A DNA stretch of 64,000 nt from Phoronis australis (Eukaryota; Animalia; Phoronida), in contig NMRA01000098.1 of NCBI GenBank assembly GCA_002633005.1, forward strand, positions 557,435 through 621,434, in the 5' to 3' direction. This document shows, piece by piece, positions 13,401 to 25,400 of this stretch; position 1 is the stretch's first letter; each line of letters starts with the position of its first letter. The translations under genes and the position numbers were made by a program. The notes below the pieces were generated by a model, which was given only the letters and a program-made list of their open reading frames with translations, did no database searches and was not told the origin of the DNA.

Positions 13401-16400
13401 CTTAATATATTTCAGTCATGTTGTATGCTTTGCCGGCCATAAAGGCACCCATGCTTATAAATAGCTATCTCGGATCTTCATGTTTTCTCATTTTAAAAAT
13501 AGACCTTTATTCATTAACGTCGTCAAGCAAGTGTATAGTCGCCCATAGTTACTGCAAAAATTTGGTTTGGAAATACAACATTGACCTGTGTTGACCTGCG
13601 ACCATTCCTCCTCGTCACAACTGGCTGCTAGTTTCTGTAATCCGAGTTAATAACTAGATAAATGTGCGACAAGGCACGCATGTTTGTCTCGTGCAGTTTT
13701 CTGTGTTAACGCAATCCTTCTTCTACCCTATACTGTAATCTAGCTGAACAACTCGACTGTCGGCGGACGTTCTGGGAATGCAACAAACTTCAGTTTGACC
13801 AGCACTTTCGGTCGATGGGTATGTTTCGTAGTGGTGCCACTAGCCTGAGCCAGCATGTGATCAGAGCAGTGCCCACATGCCGCAGCACCGCCTAATGGCG
13901 AAGCTTGTGGATTCTGTGCCTGAGTTCAACACACCGCCACACTTTGCAGCAGGTGGCGCCGGTGGTGCGGCGTCCTAATTGCATGGGGCTGCGGTGGTTT
14001 CTTGATTGTTGTGCATGCAGTTTGAAGCGTTTTATTCCAGAGCACCTGACCTTCCTCCACCACCCGTTTACACTGCTCCGTCACCCATCTTTAAGCATAG
14101 CTCCATTTCGTATTTTGTGCATATATCCTATCTGAATACGTCACCTATGCTACGATATCCACCATTTTGCCAGAATAGACTTGTTAGATACTCAGAACTT
14201 TTAGCTGTGTAGTGACTGCCCAGACTAGAATCCGCTTGCCTTGCAACAGACCTGTTGCAGTTGTAGGTGCCCTCTATTATAGAGCGAACAAACTAGTAGC
14301 TGACCTATTCTTCTGAGTAAACACTATACATCTCCTCACCTTCAGCTCTTTGTCATTTGTTGGCACAGTGGTACCAGGCTGAGGGTATAGCAAATCACAT
14401 CAAGAACTGTGTATAGTTCACAAACACTGAAACAGCAAAAATCTATCATTAAGATATTTTAATAGTTTCTTGTTGATGCGGAGTGGTTTACAGTTCTGAT
14501 ACTTTCGTCCTCCGATTCGGGGCCCCATTTCATGAAGCTCTGTGCTTTTTAAAGAAACTCGAGAACGACACATATTTCTTGGTCAGTTGTAATTTTGTCA
14601 TAAAATCCACAAAATTGTGCTGGCATGTCAGTTACTCACTGTAAAATGCAGTTTCGACCATCAGACAACTTCCCTCCCCCAACGAGTGATTTGGTAGCTC
14701 AGTGTTGGTGCCATGTGTCCCATGTCAGTCTTCTCAATACAGTTGATCACCCTGCAAACATCACATGCTTGAGGCTATGAGTAGAAAGTCAGTGTCTATG
14801 ACTTAGTGCTAACTAACATCCTGCACTGTTGCTTGAAGCCTAGATGACACACACACACACACACACGTTAACAGGCGGTTAAAAAAAGCTCAGTATTGTT
14901 ACCGGAACTTGTTTTCTGCTAAATTTAAAGCATTGACAAAAATGGTGAATTCTAGCAAAATTGTTTTTGTGAGAAATTATAAAATTGTATTTTTTCCTTC
15001 TCATTTACCTACTTTGTTGGGTTGATGAATTGCCGTTCATCTAGAATACGAATTACAAGTTTTAAAGTTTATTACGAAAATGCTTTCGATTGGAGCTTTA
15101 GCCGTATCAGTGGTTTTGTCGCATCAGTGTCCATTCGAATGCCCGGCCTGTGATAGTAGATTCATAATTGAAGAGGTATGTTGTATTAATAACTATTAAC
15201 CTGATGTGCTTAGAAGTGAAGTGCTGGATGTGGCCTCACACTAACTGGGTCAACTAACGTAAATGCTTTTGTGCCGTGGTGATCTCACTCAATCGGGCAA
15301 GTTTACAAAATGGCCCATAACAAATATTACAGTCATGTTGCCTTATGGGTCTTTTTAGTGGCTTAGCCTGGCATTAATAACCAGATTAGTATTTATTTTT
15401 GTGTAGAGAGTAACTATATTCAACAAATTGTACATGATTAAAATTGTCTATAAATATGTTATGATTATTACCGACTATTAATTAGCTTAATGAGATGCAC
15501 ATATTAAATTGTAACACTAGATCATTTTTCCTGATTAGACTGTTACAACCATTCTCAAATGTATGCTATGAACTACTGTTTTAGCAAACTTGTCAATACA
15601 TTTCCAAATATTTTGGGGTGAAGCAATTTTTTAAACTAAATGTTCATAGCTGCATTAAACGATGTTTAGTCTGTTTTGTATTTCCTTGAAGTAGCCTGAC
15701 ACTCTAAACATTAAACAACTCGTTGAGCACACAAACGTGAACACACTGTAACAACAACGCATCAACGAAAACAACTTGCAGTTATTGCAGCTCTCTCCGT
15801 GAACCTTCTAGAATTTACTGAGTTATCAGACAAATAATATTTTCTGCTTGATCTAAATATTAATTAATTATACGTCCACCTTTCCAGTGCTAATTCACAT
15901 TTTCCAAAAATAACAGTTTCTGAAATAATGGAGTATTGTACTGCATTGGATGTGCTGGTGGTATTAAACAGCAGAGTGTTATTTTGTTATTCATTGGATC
16001 TGTTATTGGTTATCCAGGAGCGAAGGCCAACGCCACCTGTTGTGGACAGGTGTGCTACGCGCGTGCCCACTGTAAGGAGGCAGCGGAACCTCAGTGTTCC
16101 AGAGCACCTGAAGAGTGTGCCACAGGTATGGCTTCAAGGAGCGTTGCTATGGTAGAAATTGACTGTATGATTGGAACAAAGTAAGGCAGTTCTCATTTTT
16201 ATGCGCCCACATATTTATATGTGGACGCATTATGCCGTCATCTCCGTCCGTACGGGCGGCGTCCGTCCGGCGTCTGGCGTCCGGCGTCCGCTGCTCTATC
16301 TCCAAAGCCCTTTGACTTATGTTCATGAAATTTGGCACATATGTTCCATTCATGAATGGGACGGCATGTGCGAACTTTCGGACGGATCCGACTACCGGTG

Positions 16401-19400
16401 TGCCCCCTAGTGGCAATTTTAGTTTTTTACGCTTACCTTTGTATCTTCAAAAGTCCTGAACGGATTTTCATGAAATTTNNNNNNNNNNNNNNNNNNNNNN
16501 NNNNNNNNNNNNNNNNNNNNNNNNNNNNNNNNNNNNNNNNNNNNNNNNNNNNNNNNNNNNNNNNNNNNNNNNNNNNNNNNNNNNNNNNNNNNNNNNNNNN
16601 NNNNNNNNNNNNNNNNNNNNNNNNNNNNNNNNNNNNNNNNNNNNNNNNNNNNNNNNNNNNNNNNNNNNNNNNNNNNNNNNNNNNNNNNNNNNNNNNNNNN
16701 NNNNNNNNNNNNNNNNNNNNNNNNNNNNNNNNNNNNNNNNNNNNNNNNNNNNNNNNNNNNNNNNNNNNNNNNNNNNNNNNNNNNNNNNNNNNNNNNNNNN
16801 NNNNNNNNNNNNNNNNNNNNNNNNNNNNNNNNNNNNNNNNNNNNNNNNNNNNNNNNNACCTAGCCTATTGAGGAGACAATGACCATGCCTTTCCATTTTG
16901 CAAAGTACAACATACTACATATATGCCCTCTACTGGCCACTTTATGGTACCAGTAAACAACCCTAGAAGGATACCGTATACGATGCAATTGTGGGTGCAT
17001 TTCAACGCTCTGCGTTGCTCTTGTTTCAGTTTAAAGGCATTTGCTACTTGCATAAAAATTCTCCAGTGTGGGACTTGAAAAATATTTTTGCTCAGGCTCG
17101 AAGTCTGTATTAAATTTTACAAATGGGCAATGTTGCCTGCCCCAAATTCAGGAATGACAAAAAGGTGGCAAAATTACCCATGTCCAAATTTTGTTTTCAT
17201 GTGCTACACATTTCAATTTTGCAATTCGTTTTCTTATCAGTACAGAAACTTATAAACTAAATTTCCCGTCACATGTTTATGTATTACAGTAAAGAACAAC
17301 TACGAATGAAGCTTTCATCTTACTAAAAATTTGTTTATATTTGGGGTTATAGTTTGTAATTGGACACCAGTCAGAAATATCACAGGCTAATGTGTTGGAA
17401 TATCTGACGTTTGATACAAAATACAGTGCCCAGTTTGTGAAAAATACATTGAAAGTCAAAATCGCCCATGTCCTTAATCCTCAGAAGCAAGAAAGTTTTT
17501 GCTTCAATTTCGGTGTCCCAAGTATTTAGGACTGTCCCAAATTGGAGAATTTTTATCGTAGTTGCGATCAGAATGAATGACTCAGTAGGCCTATTCACTA
17601 GTTTTTCCCTTTTTTGTGTGTGAAGACCAAACAAACCAGTTCTTGTAATAACTTCCCCATTGTAGCGAGGATTATTCAATAACAGCTGCATGGTCAAATC
17701 TGCGCCAGTAAGATGTATGGTAATGATACATTATCAACAAATCTGTGTATTTAGTCAACTACTAAGATAAAGATTTTAACTCGGTAAAAGGAATATTATT
17801 GGAAAGTACTAACCCTCTAGTATTTAATTTTTACTCTTTACCAATCTGTCTTAAATTGGGATCACATAACCATATGTTTTAGTAAAATTAAGCAAAAGTT
17901 AAACATAGAAAGAAACGCGCCAGTATCACTAACAATTGACCCAATTTCGTTTGATATAAGTGAACCCAATTAGGTGATCTAAAGTGACCATCACATGACT
18001 TCAAACCATCATGCAAAGCACTTAAACACCAGCCAGTGAAAGTCACTAGTCCACAAATGGAACTTGGCCTATCTTGAACACAAGCGCATGTAAATTTGGT
18101 TTCTAAAGTAATTTAAGAGCATGACTCTGAGCCCACCAGTGCCATAAATTGTCAAATGTAATAAACTGTTGGACTTGTTGACCACGAGAATCACCTATTA
18201 ATTCAAATAGCTGCAAATAACACCCACGCTATGGTATTATATTGAGACCGCTATTCAATACAACTTATCGGTCATTTGCTGTTTGTGCTGGGATCTCACT
18301 GTGACGCAATATGGCAAGAAAAGGCAACTTCAGTCACCTATCATTTGTTGGTTTCCCTCCCCCTTTTATAATAATGTCGACTAATTATCCACCCAATCAT
18401 TAGGAGTTATTTTCCAAATACTTATTATTATTAATATGATGTATTACACTCTAGTAAGTTGTAAAGATATGTAGTTGGGGGTCACCCAACCCCAGCTGTA
18501 TCTGCTATTCACTAATGATATGCTTTCTGGGTAAATAAACGTATTGAAAAAAATTGTCAGGTCTACATTTGAATGATTAAACTTGTGTTTTCTTATTTTG
18601 CTAAGGCTTTGCTAGGACTGTCTGGTTAGCCCAATACATCTAAAATAACAAAACTCTGTTGAAGATAGGTTCAAAGTTGTGTGGACAAATTGTGCCAGAG
18701 TAACTAAATAATTTATTTTTATTTACGATCATAGAAAATAACTCGCAAGTATTTCTTTACTGTTTATTGATGACAGCAAACTACGAATGATCATAACCTG
18801 AAAGAACAGAGATGGGGTAAATACCTAAGGTCACTGATAAGTGATGTGTAATTATAATTGCTTAACAATGCTGCAGATGTGCAGGCTGCAATAAATGAGG
18901 GAATCTTACCGCTAATTAAACAATGGACTTAGAGACAAAAGGAACATGGTGGCTAGGGCGCATAGCAAGCACCCTCTATATGTCATAATTCTCTAGTGTG
19001 CCTCATAAAAAGAACAAACTATTGTCATATAAAACCCTTAAGTGCCTTATTGAAGTACCCGGTCTTTGAAATCTGATCCTCAGGTGACGTGCAGAGATAT
19101 GATATCCATCCCGATATGGGCAACATCAGCGATGCATTCTTGTGCCACCTCCAGCTCAACCAAGTGAAGAATCTTCTCAGGCTTGACTATCATGTTATTC
19201 TGCCATACCCATATTCATACAACTCCCCGACCATGTCACGTATGGTTCCCTTTAACACAAATAAGGGCTACCAAGAAAGGAACGGAACAGTAAAGGTGGG
19301 TGGTAGCGGTGTTGTTGACCTAACTGTCCCAGCACTTTATGACCATAGATGTTTTTGACTAGAAGTGTTCTATACGTACAGTGTATTGATCTTTCTGTGG

Positions 19401-22400
19401 ATGCATGAAAAGTCAGATTGGGCCAAATGCGAAATTGTTTAGCGACTGCGAGGGAGTGAAATGTGGCTCCCAAGGGGAGACTTGTTTATATAAAGTTAAA
19501 ATGTGTGTTGCCCGCATGGAGAGGTTTTAACAATAGACTTGGAAACTCGACATTTCACTCATCTCTCGTCAGCCTCTCCTGAATGATGAGTTGATGATGA
19601 ACTGCAGATTTACCACAATGCATTACAAAGACCTCATGCATTATCCATAAACGGGTCAATTGATGGCATAGTGTGCTTTCCCACATATGTAACTGATCTC
19701 TGTTACCTTGTAGTTGACCATGGCTGAAATGTAAACTGCATTGTCTATATAAAAACATTTTACATTTTTGGTATAGATTTTTTTAGAGCTTGCCAGAACT
19801 TGGTGCCCATTTCGCCTGGTTGTAGTTAAGGTGGTATAGGTAGGCGATTACAAACAGGACTGTATTTTTAACAAGGCACTTCAACTATTTCACAGTGTAA
19901 ATTTGACTGTTGTTTACATTTCCACTCAATGACTGTCTGTTATTCATAAGGTACCTACAAATTTGGTGTTGCTAAAACCTGGGGTATAAGACTGCATGTT
20001 TGGTAGCTACACGACTAGCTGTACCACTTCATAAAATGGCCGTTGTTAGTCTGCTAACTTGAGATTATTTGCTGTTAGCTCCTAATCTGCTGCACCTGTT
20101 CATAATATGTAGTTTCTAAGCAATTAATTAAAACTTTGATCATTCAGTGATACAAGTTTTTATATCTCAGTTGTATAACAAGCGGGGCAGATTTAAGGTT
20201 TGTCTGAGTTTATGTTTGACTGTGTTAGACAGGCAGTAACAGCTTGATTTGCTCAAGAAGCTGTCTGGAATACCAACCTTATACACTGCTTACCTGGCAG
20301 ACAATTGTCTAGAATGGTGCCTTGAGTTGATGATGTTCTTAAAGATACTGTTTCCGCTTCATGCTAGATGAAAACTCATGAAACGAGTACCACTATTGTC
20401 AAAGCATATTCCCAAATGGTGCCCACTCAGTGTGACATCATAGTAGATTTCAAAAACACTGTAGGTTTGATGTTTGAATATCCGGTGGTGCATAAGTTAA
20501 ATGGTCGGTGCGACAAATGATGCTCAACTTCATTATTTAAAAAACACAAATGCGTTGAGGATCCTGAATTACAAAATGTCCGTATGTCATAGATATCCTT
20601 TGATTTATGGCACTATAATAACACTGTGGTGTGAAAACAAGTGAAAGAGTATCTTTAAAAGTGAATGTTTTAGCTGGGTTGTTATAGTTTTCCTGACTTT
20701 CCATATGAGTTGAACATGTTTTTAGAGTTGTGTGTTTTGCCGTGATTAATTTGTTAGATTTTAGCTTTAATACTGGTGAGCTACATTAAAACTTTGCAAT
20801 TAAATTGTCCTCTGCCTCTGGACAAGTTTAAACAGCTGACGCTAGTGCATAATTAAAGCTGGGTGGCGCGTTTGCTTGTTACTTTGCTGTGCATGAGGAA
20901 TCCAATCCAGGTAAAAATTGATGGTTGTATGATGATTGTCCCAAGGTTGGAGTTTGCTAATGGGAACACAATAACCCACTGAATTCAGGCTAGCTGCTTG
21001 AGCGGCTTTAAGTCACCTATGCAATACTTCAGGATACCTCGAACTACAGGTGTCTGTTGAGTGTTGGCAGCCCAGTCAGCTGGCTCTCTATATGTGTTGG
21101 CAGGGAATGGGGGTAATTGAAACTTGGACTTCAGTTCACGTATTTAATTGGGTTTTGGGTTGAATTTTCACCTGCACTATTTCCGCCATGGATTGAATTT
21201 GCTGCTCATAGCTTGTTCTTGTGCTGCATCTATGCAATTGCTTTGATGCTAATTGTTTAAGTAATAAAAGTAAATAATGAGAATCTGGTTCCTTTCAAAA
21301 TCTACTTATGAGCTCAAATGAGTCCTTATTTATACGTAATTCACTTTCATAATTCAGAAATCTTAACATTTTCCCTTTCGACATTGAAATTTTAGCCTTT
21401 CTGTTCATGCTGTGTAACATCTGACCTTTGACTTTTACTCAGGTTGACTTCCTAAGGTTCAATTACAACCGCGGCATCAACACGCCAAGTGACATCATAC
21501 TGCGGGGAGTGAGAGTTAAGGACAAGAATAAACGCATGCTGCTGGCACACAAACTCAAAGACTACTCGGATTTCCAACGGGGGGATTTCAATGTCTATTT
21601 GAACCCATATGCAGGAAATATCTGGCGCAGCTATACAACCCAAGTCCAGTTTCCTACCCCTTTTGAGTTCAGCTCGTCCAATTGGGAGAAAATGGAGTGT
21701 GACAAAAACATCAGCCGTTTTTTCCCTGAACAAGACATTTACAAGAAAGCTCCTCTGGATGCCCTCATGGAACCTGCCAGGGTGAAAAATGGAGTTCCTG
21801 TTAAGATGGACGGCACGGGCAAGTTTGGGTATTACATGAAAACAACGAGGACGAGAGCGAGGTTGAATGTTTTATTGCCTGGTAAGCACATCTTTTACAG
21901 CATTTTGGCATTGGAGGGGGCATCTTGTACGCACAGTAGCTGTGAATTTTTTGGGGAGGTTCGCTCTGGCTCACTCACAAATTTGGTGCAAGGTCAGTGA
22001 AAGCAGTTCTTTGTGAACCCTGGTCATACAGCTGTTCCAGTTGGCCGTTGTTGGTAAACAACATAAATGGTTTATGGTCTGGGCTGAGAAGATAATTGTT
22101 TTATTACACCCTATGGTTTTTTAATAGTCTGGAATGATTCTTTTTGAAGCTCTGACAAACTGCTAGGGTGTACTCGTGACTCACGAACACTGTTATTTTT
22201 TGTCAGTTGTCAGTATCTTCTTGCTCTAGCACTAATGGTTTTCTTAACATGAAGTCATATCTTCTCATTGTTTGATATAATACTAGAAACCACGTGCTTG
22301 GTGCAATGCATTAAAACAGTCAGTTTTGTGAGAACCACATGCAGACAATGTAAAGCATATTATTAGTCGTTGAAGCTACTACGTCATTCGGTGACAGCCC

Positions 22401-25400
22401 ACAACAAGCCTGGGGGGCCTAATTTTGTCCATCTGTGCCTCCAGGATCATATTGCGTACTAATTACTTGTTTCCAAGTTTCAGCTAATGCTTCAAGATGA
22501 TGGCTTTTTACATTCTAGTATCACACTGAGTTTGTGTAGTGTTAGGCAAATTTTGTGCATTGTGCTTTGACAGACATTTTCAATGAGAAAGAAATTTACT
22601 AAGATTAGCCTAACCGCAGCCCAACGCTCTCCCGGGCACAGCTAAACCCTTGTCAATAAATGGCAGAGTATTTTAATCAAATTTAAATGCTGATTTCACT
22701 GACCTTGATTTCAGTGAATCCCTGGTTGACAGTGTTGAGATTAGGCAGTTTGTAATAAAATCACAAAAAACAACAGATGTTGTTGTTTTGTAGCTCTGGT
22801 CAAAGCTAGTAACATCCAAGTCAGTCTATTCCATCCCACAATAATCCCAAAAACGGGTTTTTCAGATGCAAACCTGATGATGTCCTTTACACTAGGCCAG
22901 TCCACATGTAATTTTTCATCACCTATATAAAGTCATCTCATATGCGCTGGTTCACGACAGGGCGATAATAAAATGGCAGGTTATTGAGGAGAATGTCAAA
23001 ATGCTGCTGTGTACATTGTGAGATCTGGTCTTTTGTGGTTGTCATTTTATCATTCATTATTTCGAACGTAATGGTTGTCACTGAATATTCATTTGAAAAG
23101 GATATTCTCCATTTCAGCCAATAAGTCAATTTTGAAGGGGTTCTTCAAAAACTCCAAGAACACTCTTGACTACAAAACTGTCACATCTCAAATGAAGAGG
23201 AATGGACGTAACTGGAAACTGACTATTGCTGGTAACTCATTGATAATAATAAACGTAATGGTAACATAAATTGTAATAGTGCTAGCAATTTGTATTAAAG
23301 CTGAATTTGTTTGCTAAAACTAGCTTCAATTTGTGAATTTACGGAAAGTTGTTGAGTGATTTCATTTTAATTAATATCTGTAAATTTTTACCTAGTATTT
23401 CTTACCCTTAAAAATAAAATAATTGCAGGTGATCTGATACACTTTGTACCAGACGTGCGCAGGCCACTCAAAGTTTATTATTAATATACAATTATAACCG
23501 AGCTGAGGAACTAGAGACCTGACTCAAACCCCAATACCTTGAGTAATGGAATCGGAGTCACCTATCCCACTAGGCCACACTGCTTCCTCTATTTCAAAAC
23601 CTTATTTGTGTCCCTTGTTTTTGGGCCAAAACCTGTAACTGTGACAATTTCAGAAGCTTTTATCTCCTATTTATTGACCAATTAGCATAATGATGTTGGG
23701 GGTTGACATTCAGTTAGCATAATGATGTTGGGGGTTGACATTCAGTAGCCAGCTCTAACAAAAGACTTGTAAAATTTCACTTAAGGGTGTTGCACTGTAC
23801 ACCATCTGTTGACCATCAGAGTATCAATTTCATCTGAATATTGCATGGCTCTCTGTTGTGTAGTGGGGGTAATGAGCAACTCTCCATTCATTATAGTTGA
23901 TATTCATGTTGTCAATAGATAGAAAATTGAGTCAATTAAGTGTTTACCATCGTGGGGTGTTGAGGTGAAGTCAGTGGCCAGTTGCTTTACAGTCTCAAAT
24001 AAGTACTCAAGTATAAGTTTCTAAAATATTCTACTCATTAGTATGTTTGTTCACTCACAAATGTGATGAGTTTCTTCTATCATTTTATCTTTATTATGAA
24101 CTCGTAACAATTCTACCCAGAAATTCAATATTCTCTAATAGTCAGGATTTGAACCTCAGGGTCACACAAAGAGGGGTCCAAATAGCTTGAAACCCTGGCA
24201 CTTGAGACAACGGTGATTCTGTCATGGTATTGTTCACTTATCTAGGAATTGCAACTTATATCCTAAAAGTTCAGAATATTGAAATTACATCTCTTTTTTG
24301 TTGTGAGATGTTAGTGCATTCCATTTTCTTTTAGGGAATGTCAGCAGTTGCGGTACTTTCATTGCCATAACTATCCGTGATCGACCTCGCTCTATGGTCA
24401 TTGGCAAATTTGACACGTATCTTGCCTGTTCATCTGCAAACAAGAAGGGCAAAGCCTTTTATGTTACTTTTGAAGTTCCCCCAATAGGGACCGAGAACGA
24501 GAAATCTCTAGAAGTCACATTTGAAGATCCTGTCAAGACCAGCAAAATGTTTGTCTCGTCTGCTTTCTTGGCTATGGAAACTGTTAAATCTTCCAAGAGC
24601 CAAATGGGAAATGATTCTTCAGCTGTGAATGAGGTTCTTTGGACACCTGTTGTTCAGATTGGTATAGTGTCTGCAATAACAACCAGTTTGTTGCTGTTTG
24701 GATATGTCTGCATTACCTGTTGCAAATCAAAGAAAGGGCATAAATCAGAATCTGATGACGACTCATCAAGTAAATTTGAAAGTGCAGATAAGTCACACCA
24801 GGTACAAGTGTGGTTGTACTGCATCTTCAAGTTGTTGTATAATTTCATGTTTACCTTCACCATCACGTACCTATTGGTCGTGCTTGTGAACAAGGACTCT
24901 TTAAATACGCTGGATAAATTCAATGAGTTTCGTATTAGTAAATTTGCTGAGAGGGAGCGGTTTATTGGCAACGTTACGAAACACCTGGATAAAAACTTGC
25001 ACAAGCAGTATTCTACATTCAGTCACATGATCAGCTCCGGCGTGAACTACACTCGTGAGTTGGCAGCGAGTGTTGAATGGAAAATGAGTGCCAGCCAACA
25101 AGAGAATCTCGAAAAACTGAACATTACTTCCGTGGAAGGATTCACGTCGAAGGTGTGTCAGGCGAAGCTTGAACTCTACTTAGCCAAGCGTGACCTGCAC
25201 GTGACAGAGTATAGAAAGAACATGACAAAACAGTTAGAGAAGGTGTGGTATAAGTACGCGGTGTTAATAGGAGATGTGAAAAAGAATGCTTGGCTGGGTA
25301 TGTTGAACCAGCTGTTCATGGCGTCTGGCGGTGGTGGTGCGGCCAGTAGTGGTGGTGCGGCCAGTGGTGGTGGTGCGGCCAGTGGTGGTGCTACGGCAGT

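Noticed and set aside
14040-14212. Acceptor-preceded frame containing PPPPVY (PPxY)
   Set aside because: No matching donor found, and that frame does not fit the phase-1 host intron; insufficient support
16356-16896. 171-aa and 142-aa ORFs
   Set aside because: Mostly X residues from the N gap 16479-16857 inside a HINE
23500-23588. Functional tRNA gene
   Set aside because: A and B boxes are present but stems and acceptor arm do not pair convincingly; treated as a SINE head
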